This document shows positions 1-12,783 of a DNA stretch of 64,000 bases, in pieces. The DNA is from Octopus vulgaris. Its lineage: Eukaryota. The notes beneath the pieces were generated by a model. That model ran no database searches. It saw nothing but the letters and a program-made list of their open reading frames with translations, and was not told the DNA's origin. The stretch covers positions 69,254,001 to 69,318,000 of the forward strand of contig OX597817.1 in the NCBI GenBank assembly GCA_951406725.2, read 5' to 3'. Position numbers and translations under genes: made by a program. Positions within the stretch are counted from its first letter, which is position 1. The number at the start of each line of letters is the position of its first letter.

Positions 1-624
1 CATAGCCAGAAAGGAATCTTATTAGAGGTCAGCACGGCATGATGAAAACTAACATTGTTCTAGACAACAACACAACATCAACAAGCAATGAGGCTGAAAA
101 CATACTGTAGTACCATTAACCTAAACCTGACTATCAGTCCTAAATATATCAATCTGTTATTAACTTAAACTAGGTGAACCAACTTGTTGATCATAGAATG
201 ATGATAAATGTATATTTTGTATATAATATATTATGAGAAACACATGAAGATTATTTGATTTCTTTTATTGCTTTTGTAATTACATGAATCAAATTAAGTT
301 TGAATATTAAATAATAAATTACTAACAATCTTTGTAATCATAAACCTGATTACACAGAAATTACTAGAGATGCACAATGTCAAATTTTACATAGATTTCA
401 ATAAAATAATTACCGCTTTCTAGAAATACATTTACTCTAATTAATCTGAAAATTCAATTTGTATGTGTGTACACACACACACACATGCACACACACACAC
501 ACACATGCAAGCACATACACACACACAGGCAAGCACACATGCACATATATATTTGCAGGTGGAAGAGTGACAAAAGCATTGGCATGTCAACAGAAAATAT
601 TGTACTGTTTATGTTCCAGCTCTC

Positions 625-1080
625 TACATCCCGAGTTCAAATTCCACCTGCTGGGAGAGAAAAATGAGAAACCACTCCATTATTCAACCCAAGCCTAATC
701 ATGGTAACCAAAATTCCTGCCATCTACTTACTAGCCATGTGTTGAGAGATATTGTTTAGGATTTGAATAATTCACCTTTGGAAACATGGATGTTTTGTTC
801 ATCACCCTTAAACAACCCTTATTCATGGACCTTTTGAGTGAGATGGACTATTCAACCTGAATAAAATTCGAACTGGGCCCCATCTACAGGGTCATGCACA
901 GCTTATTTTTGGTATGAGATCACCATGTTGAGCGCATATGGCTGTGATGCAATTACCTGGTGTACCCATCTCAGACACGTAGTTATGATGAGTATATTAG
1001 GTTTCGTATATTTGTACCCCAGCATCACTTAGATAGCATGTACTGCTCTCTCACTCAGTAATAATATTAATAATAATAAT
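625..1080 (+). mobile_element. Retroposon remnant ending in a (TAA)n tail
   Basis: B-box-like GAGTTCAAATTCC near 633. Non-microsatellite body ends CTCTCTCACTCAG followed by (TAA)n and then (GAT)n. Confidence 0.4.
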
Positions 1081-1231
1081 GATGATGATGATGATAATGA
1101 TGTTTTTTTTTATTCTGCAAAGCGATTGTGAAAGAGAAAATAAATATTTGATTGTTCTGTAAATTTGTCCAATATAAAAATATTTAATCCAATATCATAC
1201 GAAATCATAACTGAAACTGTACCCTGTAATT

Positions 1232-1415
1232 TTAACCAACAAAACATCACACATCTATAATAATTCAACATTCACATCGCTTCAAGATCAGCTATCAAAT
1301 CTATCAAATTCTCCTTTACCTCAATCTTAACTAACAAAACATCACTCATCTACAATAATTCAAAATGCATGTCACTTCAAGGTCCAGTAATAGATGCTAT
1401 CAAATTTTCCTTTCC
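1232..1415. repeat. Diverged tandem duplication, ~95-bp period, 2 copies
   Basis: TTAACCAACAAAACATCACACATCTATAATAATTCAA at 1232 matches TTAACTAACAAAACATCACTCATCTACAATAATTCAA at 1327. Both copies continue to CTATCAAATT.TCCTTT. Confidence 0.85.
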
Positions 1416-1777
1416 ATTGTTTATAAAATGTGTTAGTGTTTATATACACATACATACATACTTCATTTTTTTATCTGGTTTGCAAAATTCTTTATGTTAA
1501 TTCATGTGTTGAAGTAGATTTTGTTGTGTCTGGGGAGAGTCATACTGCCTTAATGCCTTAATATGTAACACATTCACTGGTTCAATCTCGACTCATTCAT
1601 TATTTATATTTTTTCTTCCAAAATTTTATATATATAAATTTATATATATGTGTGTGTGTTAGTGTGTGTGTGTGTGTATCTGTGTGTGTCGCACATGCAC
1701 ACACACATGCTCACACACACATGCTCACACACACATGCTCACACACACATGTACAGATGTATGCATATATATTTTAT

Positions 1778-1949
1778 CTTTTACTTGTTTCAGTTATTAG
1801 GCTGTGGCCATGCTGGGGCACAACCTTGAGGAATTTTAGCAGAATCAACCCCAGTGCTTATTTTTTGAAAGCCTGGCATTCGCTCTATTGCCACACCAAT
1901 AGGCCATAGGAATGCAACACACCAGTTATCGGTTAACGGAAGGGGACAA

Positions 1950-2027
<78 letters not shown>

Positions 2028-2179
2028 GCCTTCATTCAGTTTCCCTCTACCAAATCCACTCACAGGGATTTGGTTGACCCAAGGCTAGAGCAGAAGACAC
2101 CTGCCCAAGATGTCACACAGTAGGACTGAACCCAAGACTATGTGGTTGGGAATCAAACTTCTTACCACACAGCCACACC
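1778..2179 (-). mobile_element. tRNA-derived CORE-like SINE (family A)
   Basis: Reverse complement of the family A layout seen at 36343: GGCTGTGTGGTAAG head, TTGGGCAGGTGTCTTCT, internal CA/TA microsatellite, CCAGCATGGCCACAG...CTGAAACAAGTAAAAG tail. Confidence 0.85.
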
Positions 2180-2183
2180 ATAT

Positions 2184-2223
<40 letters not shown>

Positions 2224-3236
2224 ACATGCACACACACACAAGAAGAACACAAATGCAGTTTAAAATGTTGAACTTCAATTAGGATTTTCTTTTACATTTA
2301 TACCACACCAGGAACCAACCCTGAGTCAGATATCAGATCTACGGTTTTATTGGATTTTGTAGCTATATATATATATAAATCATAATGAGAAAGGGACAAA
2401 AATTTATTGGTATTTTAAAGCTTTGTATAACATACATGCCTTTCCATAAGCAGTTGCTCACATCCTTGGTACCATTTACTGATGGGGTAACTGAATAGTG
2501 AGTGATTAAGGTTTTCTATGGGACTTCAGGTATTGCCTAAAAGCTTAGTGAACCTGATAGTGTGTGTATGCATGTGTGTTTGTGTTTGCCTTTTGCCACT
2601 TAAGAACCAGTATTAGTTTGTTTATATCCTGTAACTTAGCAGTTGAGCAAAAAGGAGTGCAACAGAATAACTACTAAATAGTACCTTTTATGCCCACTCT
2701 CAAATGACTGAAAAAGAATAAAAGAATGAATAAAAAAAAGAACAGAATGGACTAAGCAGAGCAGGAACACATATGAGGATGGAAAGTATCACTGAAGAGG
2801 TCACAAATGTGTAACGAAAGATTTCCAGACAATGAATATGAGTTAGAACAAGAACAGTAATAAATGAGTGAAGAACAAATATACGGTGTGTATGTTTATT
2901 TGGCAAAGAAAACAAAAATGAGCATCCCGAAATATAAAATTAAAAGTATAATTGAGAATTAATTTCACAAAAAGTTAATTTTTATACTTAGGGAAAAAAA
3001 TATGTTAGCAACACATATATTTTCATATTTAGATTATATATTTTATGAACTAAATATGAAACTAAATGTGAATATGATCTAAATATTTAGATTTTATCTT
3101 CAAATTTAAATCATATTTTATCATATTTAGTAACTGCAGTGAGTCCTAGTTTTACTAGACTTCATTTGTAAATTATTTTTCTGCTAAGATTAAAAAATAT
3201 GAATTTTCAGTGAAACCATTTCTTAATTACTTAAAA

Positions 3237-3238
<2 letters not shown>

Positions 3239-3306
<68 letters not shown>

Positions 3307-3384
3307 ACAATACAAACAAGAAGGTGATATTTTTTCAAATGTAACATTGCCATTAGAACAGCAGAAATAATGACAAAATTAACC

Positions 3385-3422
<38 letters not shown>

Positions 3423-3767
3423 ACATGTACATACATATAGAAGTACAAGCATATATAATTTTTCCAGGCAAAGAAAGAGGCAATTTGTAAGAGGAACAGT
3501 AAATATATGCAAGACTTCATACTATAGTCCATATATGTACATATAAATATATAGATATACATATGCACATTTACACATATATGTATATGCACATATATAT
3601 ATGCCCTCATACATATATGTATATATATATATAAACACATATAAAAATGTATGAATACAGATACATCATATACACAGACACCAAAGTAAGAGACAAGCCA
3701 ACACATTCTTTAAAGATACAGTTTGTAAGTGAAACAGTAAATCTATTATCATTCATATCTATCTATC

Positions 3768-3811
<44 letters not shown>

Positions 3812-3846
3812 TACACACATGAACACAATATACATAAATATAAACA

Positions 3847-3882
<36 letters not shown>

Positions 3883-4787
3883 GATATATGTGTGTGTGTG
3901 TATGTATATATATTTACACACAAACACATACATATATGTATACACACACACAGATACATATGTATGTGCATGTGTGTGTTTATGTAATATGTTATCTGTC
4001 CTTTCCTTCACGTCTAAATTCATATCAGCCGTCCATATTTCCCGATTATCAAACAACACGATAAAAATATATTCAATATCCGACAATTGTATTATATTGT
4101 AATGACAAAACAACATTCAAAAGTAGAGGAATGCCATCGATTACAATTAACCAAGACCACAGCCACCAAAAACACCGACAATAACAACAACATCCACAAC
4201 AACCAGTAATAGCTAACAAAACTCAATAACAAAACATTTTAACTTCTGCTACAATAAAGAGATTATATATATATATATAAGAGAGAGAGGAGGAAACTAA
4301 AAATGATATAACACAATAAATAATGTATATAATCATAGACATGAATATATACACATACATATATACACACATGCACTCACACTCACACACAAAATGCATA
4401 CACACATGTATATATGCACATGTGTATGTACGTATATCTATGTGTATATATATATTATATATGTATGCACACACACATATATATACATGTATGCATACAT
4501 ATATATGCAAATATATACATGCATATATACACATATATACATACATATATGCACACATATATACACATATGTACATATATAAATATATACATATATATAT
4601 ATATACACACATACATATACAGTTTGTAAGTGAAACAGTAAATCTACTATCATCCCTATATATATATATATACAAATACATACATACATACACTCACACA
4701 TATATGGATTAATACACACGCAATCATCATATATATAGATAAATAGATATATACATATATGCACATATGTATACATACATACATACA

Positions 4788-4831
<44 letters not shown>

Positions 4832-5215
4832 CTTATATATTCTTTCACTTGAGAGCTGCAGCTACATTGGACATCAAGTATGTACCTGTGTATTTTTGGT
4901 CTCACTCTCTATGTATATATACATATGTGTGTGTGTGTATAGATTAGATATAAGTGTGTGTATGTGTATATATGTGTGTGTCTATTAATCAGCTGAAACT
5001 TTTCAGCCAGTATAAAAATATATATATATATGTAACTCATATATTGAATTTTATTTTTCCTGTTTGTTACATCAAACCTCACTCTATATAAATGTATGTG
5101 CATGTGTATATATGTGCGTGTGCATGTATGTGTGTGTGTGTGTGTTTGTGCATGTGTATGCATGCCCATACATGTGTATGTACGTATGTATGTACCTTTG
5201 TGTGTATGTATAATC
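3239..5215. repeat. Compound (TA)n/(CA)n/(TACA)n microsatellite field
   Basis: Directly visible. It generates the YI/HT/CV-rich artefact ORFs. Confidence 0.95.
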
Positions 5216-5300
5216 AATTGGAAGCTGAATCTTCATGATTCATGTCTATGCTTCTTGTTACCAATCTATGAATAATTATGAAAAACATAGAACGTAAAAT

Positions 5301-5580
5301 TTGGTATATAATGAGCACACTGTAAAAATATTTCAATTCCATGACAAACATATTCTGAAAATATTATCCAATAATATTGCCAATGATTGCAACAAATTTG
5401 ACACTAATGTATGGAATTCTATAAACCCTCAAACCCTAAACATAGCCTCAAGCCTCATTATATGCAATAGAATAAGATATTTAGCTCAACATACACCATA
5501 CATTACATTCAAAGATCACAAGATCAGTTTGCTTAATAATGCTAATTATGTTAATTAACCCCACTAAAACTAAATTACAT
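5301..5580 (+). mobile_element. Penelope-like retroelement fragment (region upstream of RT)
   Basis: ORF 5301 encodes PYITFKDHK and, after a frameshift, LINPTKT. This resembles the FITxKDHK...RLINPxK motif I recall from Penelope-like RTs. Confidence 0.55.
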
Positions 5581-5732
5581 ATATTATAGTTAGCAGGCAC
5601 ATCCAGTACCGCCTTTAAGGCACAGGTACATTAAACAGTTGCCCAGGAGCTGCATGAGTTTAGGAGCCCAATTATGATTCATGTATGTTGTGGCTTCCTG
5701 TCAATAAATGTATAATACAGGAGCAATGAAGG

Positions 5733-6063
5733 GACATGGCTCAGTGGTTAGAGCATCAGGTTTACCATCATGAAACTGTGAGTTTCATTCCAAAACCAGG
5801 CTGTGTGTTGTGTTGTGTTCTTGATCAAGACATTTTGTTGCACATTGCTCCAGTTCACCCAGCTGTAGAAACATGTCATCGCTTTACTAGTGCCAAGCTG
5901 TATTGGCCTTTGCCTTTCCCTTGGACAACATCAGTAGCATGGAGAGGGGACAATGGTATACATGGGTAACTGCTGGCTTTCTACAAACAACCTTGCCTGG
6001 ACTCATGCCTTGGAGGCAGATTTTTTAGGTGCAATCCCATGGTCATTCATGTCCAAAGGGGGT
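5733..6063 (+). mobile_element. tRNA-derived SINE (family C)
   Basis: A-box TGGCTCAGTGGTTAGAGC. Body GCTCCAGTTCACCCAGCTGTAGAAA...GGTGCAATCCCATGGTC...AAAGGGGGTC is homologous to 52944-53284(-) and 24808-25135(-). Confidence 0.85.
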
Positions 6064-6211
6064 CATTTTAAGAGTAGCGTATTGATACGCCTGAGGGCTT
6101 ATAATACTACTAAGATGGCCCTGATTACATACAAAATTACATTATACTTAGAACCAAAAAGAAAATGCAGTTTCTCCATTCTTGTGGTGTGTCTGTTATA
6201 AAATAGTAGAA

Positions 6212-6433
6212 TCCTTTAGCATTTAAACCGGCCATATCCTGCCAAAATAGTCTACCTGTTTTATGTTCAAACCAGCCAGACCAGGCCACACACAACTACC
6301 CTATACAGCCAATGTAAAAATAAACAATCACATTATATTAATCTTGAAGCTGTGAGATGAAGTATGATTAATTCAAAACAATGTGAATAAATAAGCATTA
6401 CAATTGACTTGAATAATCTGAATGCTAAAGGGT
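6212..6433 (+). mobile_element. piggyBac-type MITE (CCCTTTAGCA TIR family)
   Basis: CCTTTAGCATT...AATGCTAAAGGG ends. Internal sequence is shared with copies near 6915, 24656, 32367 and 56801. Confidence 0.75.
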
Positions 6434-6914
6434 GAAATGTCATCTTTCAAGAGATCAAGTGATTGAATACAATTGATGTGTATGTAGGTGTCCACTACAA
6501 GGCCTAGTTCTTGTTGTGGTGTAGTGGCTTGTGTTCCTCAAAGACCTGGAGAGCTATGCCAGGTGGAGTGCAGTGTTCTTGGTAAAGCCACCTATACTGA
6601 AAAGATCAAAGGGTAGAGGCCAGACGAATACAGGTCACTTCTTTCCATAGATAAAAATGGGTTTGTATAGAGCCAACACCTCTACCTAGAAAAGAGCTAA
6701 GTTACAAAAGCACTGATAGTAATTCAAAAACCAACAAGATCTGGAAGAGAAACACTTTCCTTGTAGGATGCAGTGCAGCAAAATCCAATAGGAAGCTGAA
6801 AAGAAGTGGGGGTCCAAGTGGATAGAAGCAGAAAAGACAGTCCAGGGTCAAAAGCAGTAAAGAAAATCCATTGATGGACTATGCTTCATAGGGAACAAGG
6901 GCTTAATTCACACA

Positions 6915-7124
6915 TTAGCATTTAAACTGGCCATCTATGGCCCAAATATTTTACTTGTTCTATATACAAATTGGTTAAGTTTGGCTTCTCACACCTACTT
7001 TAGAATGTCATTCTAAAAGTATACAATCACATCACCACAATCTCAAAGCTATGAGATCAATTCAAAATATTGTTTACAAATAAGCATTACATTTGACAGA
7101 ATAATCTGAATGCTAAAGGGTTAA
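6915..7124 (+). mobile_element. piggyBac-type MITE copy
   Basis: TTAGCATTTAAACTGGCCA...AATGCTAAAGGGTTAA. Same family as 56801-57000. Confidence 0.75.
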
Positions 7125-7254
7125 GTATGTCAGAGTAGGGGCTTGACATGAAAAAGGATGTAGATTAGATGTAAAGACAGAAGAATATGAGTATAAACTT
7201 GGTTAAGTTATAAATTTAATGGAAATATTAAAAATAGGTGTCTCATTAAAAGAA

Positions 7255-7416
7255 CCCAGCACACACTATAATGTGTTTGATGTTAGGAAGGGCATCTAGC
7301 TTGTAGAAACCAAACCAAATCAGACTGGAACTCGGTGCAACTCTCCAGCTTTCCAGCTCTGATCAAGCTGTCCAACCCATGCCAGTATGGAAAATGGACA
7401 TTAAACAATGATGATG
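7255..7416 (+). mobile_element. RTE-tail short retroposon (family R), truncated
   Basis: TTAGGAAGGGCATCTAGCTTGTAGAAAC...CCAACCCATGCCAGTATGGAAAATGGACATTAAAC followed by (GAT)n. Confidence 0.8.
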
Positions 7417-7778
7417 TTGGGAATGGCTTAGGCAAATTTCAAAGACACTTGTGACAAAGGGTGTACATGTGAGGGCACATGATGTAGTGGTTAAAGTATT
7501 GGACTCATGCTCATAAAGTCATGTGTTCAAAAATTGGAGGTACATTGTGTGCTTGAACAAGTCACTTTATTTCATGTTACTGGCAAAAATGAGTAGTACC
7601 TGTAATTTAAAGGGCCAATCTTATCACATTCTGTGTCGCACTGAATCTCCCAGAGAAGTAAGTTAAGGATATGTGTGTCTGTGGTGTGCTCAGCTACTTT
7701 CACATTAACTTCACAAAGCTGGCTGGAACCCTTGTTGTCATAACCAATGAAGTGTCAGTTTAAATTTTTCTTTTTTAT

Positions 7779-8230
7779 ATTGTAGGGCTGAGACAACATA
7801 GTGCACATTGTAAGGCTGGGAGGAAGGGTGCACATTGGTAGACTAGGAGTGGGGATATATCTTGTAAGGCCAAGAAAAGAGAACATACATTGCAGGCCTG
7901 GGAGAAAGTGAACAAATTGTAAAGCTGGAAGAAGGGGGCACATACATTGTAAAGCTAGAAGAAAGGGACACACGTTGTAGGGCTGTAAGATGAGGTGTAC
8001 ACTGCAGGGCTGTAAAAAAGGGACAAATTGTAAGGCTAGAAGAAGGAGGCACACATTGTAGGGCTGAGAGAAAGGGGACAAATAGTAAGGCAAGGAGAAA
8101 GTGAGTACATTGTAAGGCTGGAAGAAAGGAGCACACATTGTTGGGCTGAGAGAAGGGGGCACACAATGTAGGGCTGAGAGATGGTAGCACACAATGTAGG
8201 TCTGAGAGCAGGGGTGCACTTCGTAGGGGT
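7779..8230. repeat. Minisatellite, ~28-31-bp unit, ~16 diverged copies
   Basis: Recurrent CACATTGTAGGGCTGAGAGAAGGGG-like unit. It explains the repetitive PYNV/ALQC ORFs on the minus strand. Confidence 0.9.
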
Positions 8231-8259
8231 AACGTTGGATGCTGAATATCTTGATGCCA

Positions 8260-8900
8260 ACTCTAGAATAATCGAAAATATTACAAAAAGTTTACTTTGA
8301 TAAGGTAAAGGTGTAATGGAATTTATAAAGTGAATCGGTTAACATGTTAATTTGTAATTTAAATATGGTTCATTTGCAAATGTTTATTTTAGGTGAAAAT
8401 AAGATATGAAAAGATATGGATGTTTGTGAATTAATCGTTGTTATCTATGCCAAGAAGATGGTATATGTGATTATTAGCTTAAAGACAAATGGCAAAATAC
8501 AGTGTCAGATTCAAAATGCAAATATATCCCAAATGAGTACATATAATGTCTGAAAATGAATAGTGTAGCTTTTTATACATAAATTTTCCTTAATTTCAAA
8601 ATCATTGCAACTGTATATATGCATATATATATGAGTGTATTCGGGAAAAGTTGTAAAATTTATACAGAATGGAACGTTTGCTATAAAGAGTTACACTAAA
8701 GAAATTCGCTGTTTTATATAGATAATGTTTTACAAAATCTAAAAAAATTGAAAAGAATGAGTTAATTAAATTTAACTGTATTATACATAAGTGTGTGGTT
8801 AACATTTGGAGCTTGAATGGTGCCCCATGTATTTCAATAATATCAAAGGAGATTGGATATAATTCTTTGAAATTCATTAAGGAGGAAATATGTGGATTTT
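8260..8900 (-). mobile_element. Possible highly decayed Penelope-like RT fragment
   Basis: Minus-strand peptides ISFDI, a WHR-x-x-D-like segment and FINSITP occur in the order expected for an RT. Very degenerate. Confidence 0.25.
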
Positions 8901-9592
8901 GTGTGTGCGTGTGGTGGAGTCTGTATATAATTATCTATACATATAAATTTGACATGGGCAATTCTTTCTTGTCTTGGGATTCATGGTCTTGGGATTCACA
9001 GCTGGGTGGAATTGCATGAAAAATTACACAGATGTGTAGAATGATCCGGTGGTGATGCTGGGCTTTGTATTTTTTTCATAACTCCCATGGTTACCGAGAT
9101 AATCTACTATAATAATACTCTTGTGTCTATGAATGACAAAGGAAGGGGTGATAGATGAATAAGGAAGGAAGCGGTGATGTCGTACATGGTAGTGTATGCT
9201 GAAAAGATAAATCAAACAGCATTTCAACTCTGTGTGAATATATGTGTGTGTATGCAAAAGGGGGTATGTGAATGTGTGTGTGTGCGTGTGTGTACATGTG
9301 TGCGCACAATGGAAGTGGATGGTTCATCTTTGTTCACTTAGTATTTGGGTATATTTTTTGATTTGGTTGAATCTTGGTTGATTATTTTTTGTTGGTCAGT
9401 TATTTTTTTGCGTTTTGACAAAAAAAAGTCATTCTAAAATTGCTTTTTTAATGTAAGCATGCCCAAATAAGTTGAATGCTTACACAGAGCAGGTTTTACA
9501 ACCACATCATCCAAACCGACTGGGTGAAACCAGACTTAGCTGCTAGTATATATATGCATACACATACATATATACACATATACATATGTACG

Positions 9593-9630
<38 letters not shown>

Positions 9631-10452
9631 CATATATATACATACACACATACATATATATACGGGCTTCTTTTGCACATGTATACTAGTGCACACATGT
9701 AAGTGAATGCACATGTGTGTGTATGCATGTATGTGTGTGCATGTGTGCCAATGAATTTGAATCAAACTGTTTTGATCCATACATGTAGCACCCAATAAAT
9801 TGGTTGAGTGCCCTCCTTTCATTTGTCCACTCACTCATATATATACATAAGCATACACATACACACATACACATATATTTATAAACACTAATACATATGT
9901 GTATGTGTGCTGTGTGTGTGTATATATACATAAATATATATATGTATGTATGTATTGCTATTTATCTAACTTAATACATGCATGCATAAATACATAGATA
10001 CATACATTTGTACATATATGCATATGTAAGTATATGTATGTATATATATATATATATATATATATAAATTCAAGTTAAAAGGTAGAAAAGATTCAAAACT
10101 ACTTATTGGTCTAGTACATTAAAGAACTAACATTACAAAACTAAATAAATTACGTTGATTAATCACAATGATAGGGGACTTACAAAGTTAAAAGTAATCT
10201 GGGTCTTTGAATAAAATAAATTATAAAATTGTTAGCTATGTATTCTCCTATAATATGCAGAATAATGTTGGAGGAAAATGTAATTAGCCAAGAATATTGT
10301 AATTATCTTAAAAAAAAAGTATTGCAAATTTAGATGAGGTTAGATTACTAGTAGAAGCATTTATTTAGTTCAATATAATTATAAGTTTCTATGAATTTAG
10401 TGTGTAAGTTGTTAATTTATCTAGATAGGCAGTATCTAAAAATACATAGACA

Positions 10453-10638
10453 TATATAAATAGATAAATGATAGAAAATGGAATGAACGATATTCTTTAT
10501 TTAAAAATCACTGCAATTGTTTCAACATATTTTACATTTGCAATACATTGGTCAGATGTTGTGTAATCTATATCATCCTTCCAAATGTAGTGATTTTAAA
10601 TAAAGAGTTTCATTTTCTATCATTTATCTATTTATATA
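10453..10638. mobile_element. Short inverted-repeat element related to 43634-43928
   Basis: Left TATATAAATAGATAAATGATAGAAAATG...TCTTTATTTAAAAATCACT is the reverse complement of right AGTGATTTTAAATAAAGA...CATTTTCTATCATTTATCTATTTATATA. Confidence 0.8.
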
Positions 10639-10649
10639 AGCTCTACTGA

Positions 10650-11170
10650 TAGAGTAATATCTAACTTTACGAGGACCTGCTTTACGAGTTTTATTTTTCA
10701 AGCAGATCCAAATTTTAAACGAAGTGCAAAAGTTTCTACTATCATAACGAATGCTTCTGCGTGTCACCAAGAAATTTATAACGAGTGGAAAAAGCTTCTT
10801 TTAAGCAAACAACTCTAGACTTGTTTTTTTAAAAAGAAATCTACAAGTCTGTCTATGGGTGCTTGTGATTCAGTGATCACGTCTACAGATGATGCTATGC
10901 ATGAGTCTAGTGTGAGTGAAATTATAATAATATTTTTTTATTATAAATGATCTTGACATTCTTTTTACTTTACATAAATATTCTTTACATTCTACTGTTG
11001 TTTTATTATCATTTATTTGCAAGTATTATAAATTTTATAAAATATTTTACCAGGAGCAAATCATGATTTATAACATTGCTGCCTTGGGAAATTATTGCTC
11101 TGCTTTACAAGTTTTCACTTTACAAATCATCTCCAGGAATAAATCAATTCATATATTGAGGCATTACTGT
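10650..11170. mobile_element. Possible pogo/Tigger-like MITE remnant
   Basis: Right end reads CAGTAATGCCTCAATATATGAA on the minus strand and left end reads GAGTAATATCTAACTTTACGAG. Repeated CTTTACGAG/CTTTACAAG sub-terminal motifs. Confidence 0.4.
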
Positions 11171-11177
11171 TCTTTGG

Positions 11178-11566
11178 ATGCCCAGAACACCATCCGAGCA
11201 TGATCGTTGTGATTGTTGCCAGAGCAGCCAACTGGCTTCCGTACCCGTGGCATGTAAAAGGGCACCATTTGAGTGTGATCATTACCAATGTCGCTTCACT
11301 GGCACCTGTGTTGGTGGCACGTGTAAAAAGATTCGAGCAAGGTCATTGTCAGTACCGCCTGACTGGCCCCCATGAAGGTGGCACATAAAAGGCACCCACT
11401 ACACTCTCGGAGTGGTTGGCGTTAGGAAGGGCATCCAGCTGTAGAAACTCTACCAGATCATGACTGGAGCCTGGTGCAGCCATCTGGTTGCCAGCCCTCA
11501 GTCAAAACCGTCCAACCCATGCTAACATGGAAAACGGATGTTAAATGTTGATGATGATGATGATGA
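11178..11566 (+). mobile_element. RTE-tail short retroposon (family R)
   Basis: GCACCCACTACACTCTCGGAGTGGTTGGCGTTAGGAAGGGCATCCAGCTGTAGAAAC...CCAACCCATGCTAACATGGAAAACGGATGTTAAA followed by (GAT)n. Confidence 0.9.
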
Positions 11567-11879
11567 TATCCAATAGCCAAAACATTTTCACTGTATGATG
11601 ACACCAGGTAACCAATAACTGTGAGCAAGCTTTGCATAGCATGCTATAAGATTTTTAACTGTATTATATTTAACTAGTAGGTATATGGTTACATGTTTTA
11701 GCATAAGGAACTAATAAGCAATGGTAAAATGTGTTTAACTATGTCAGTAATGACTGGTTTTGTTTTTAGTCTGGTGTTTTGTCACTTTAATTTTTTTAAT
11801 AATTCAGTTATTGGGCTGTCAGTTATATATATATATATATATACATGTGTTTGAGTTTTAGGTAACTACTTTTGTTTTT

Positions 11880-12240
11880 TTAAGCCTGGTACTTATTCTA
11901 TCGGCCTCTGCTGCTGAACCACTAAGTTATGGGGACATAAACATACCAACACCAACTGTGAAGCAGTAATTGGGGACAAACACTGACACATGCATACACA
12001 CCTGTATGCACACATGCACATCTGCATCTATGTGCATGCACATGTGCACAAACACACATACACACACACACACACACATAGAGGCTTCTTTCAGTTTCCA
12101 TCAGCCAAATCAACTCACAAGGCATTAGTCAACCTGAGGCTATAGTTGAAGTCACTTGCGCAAAGTGCCACGCAGTGAGACTGAACCTGGAACCAAGTGG
12201 TTGGGAAGCAAACTTCTCACTCCACAGCTAAGCCTGTGCC
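11880..12240 (-). mobile_element. CORE-like SINE (family A)
   Basis: Homologous to 36343-36740 in reverse orientation. Confidence 0.85.
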
Positions 12241-12322
12241 TTTTATTAAGTTTTTATAACATAATACTACAGGGCATTGTTTTATTTTTGAATTAATCCA
12301 TTACAAGTAAGGCTGAGTAAGC

Positions 12323-12770
12323 ACAGGAACGGCTACATGGCTAAGAAGCTTATTTTGTAACCACTTGGTTTTAGGGTTCAGTCCTATGGCATGGCATCTA
12401 GGGTAAGTATCTTCTGAGCTGACCAATGCCTTGTGAGTGAATTTGGTTAATGGAAACCATGAAAGTCTCTCTGTCTGTCTGTCTGTCTGTCATCCATCCA
12501 TCCATCCATCCATCCATCCATCCATCCATACATACATCCATCCATACATACATACATACCCTCTCTCTCTCTTTCGGAGAGGCACAAGCACCTACACGCA
12601 CATATACACACACGGCAGTAACTTCCACCTACCGCATTCAATCACAAAGCTCCGGTCAGCTCGGAGCTATAGTGAAAGACACCTACCCAAAGTGCCACGC
12701 AGTGGGACTGAACCCGAAACCATATAGCTAGGAAGCAAACTCCCTAACCACACAGCCATGCCCGCGCCTA
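12323..12770. mobile_element. Two partial family A SINEs in inverted orientation around a (TCTG)n(TCCA)n tract
   Basis: Plus-strand head at ~12323-12460 and minus-strand head at ~12615-12770. Confidence 0.75.
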
Positions 12771-12783
12771 TATATATATATTG

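Noticed and set aside
54-93. 40-nt minus-strand microexon (TTTTCAG acceptor, GTTAGT donor)
   Set aside because: Weak donor and low-complexity content. Such signals are expected by chance.
5604-6123. hAT-like MITE (CAGTACCGCC.../...GATGGCCCTG) split by the family C SINE
   Set aside because: The TIR match is poor and no 8-bp target-site duplication is evident. Plausible but unsupported.
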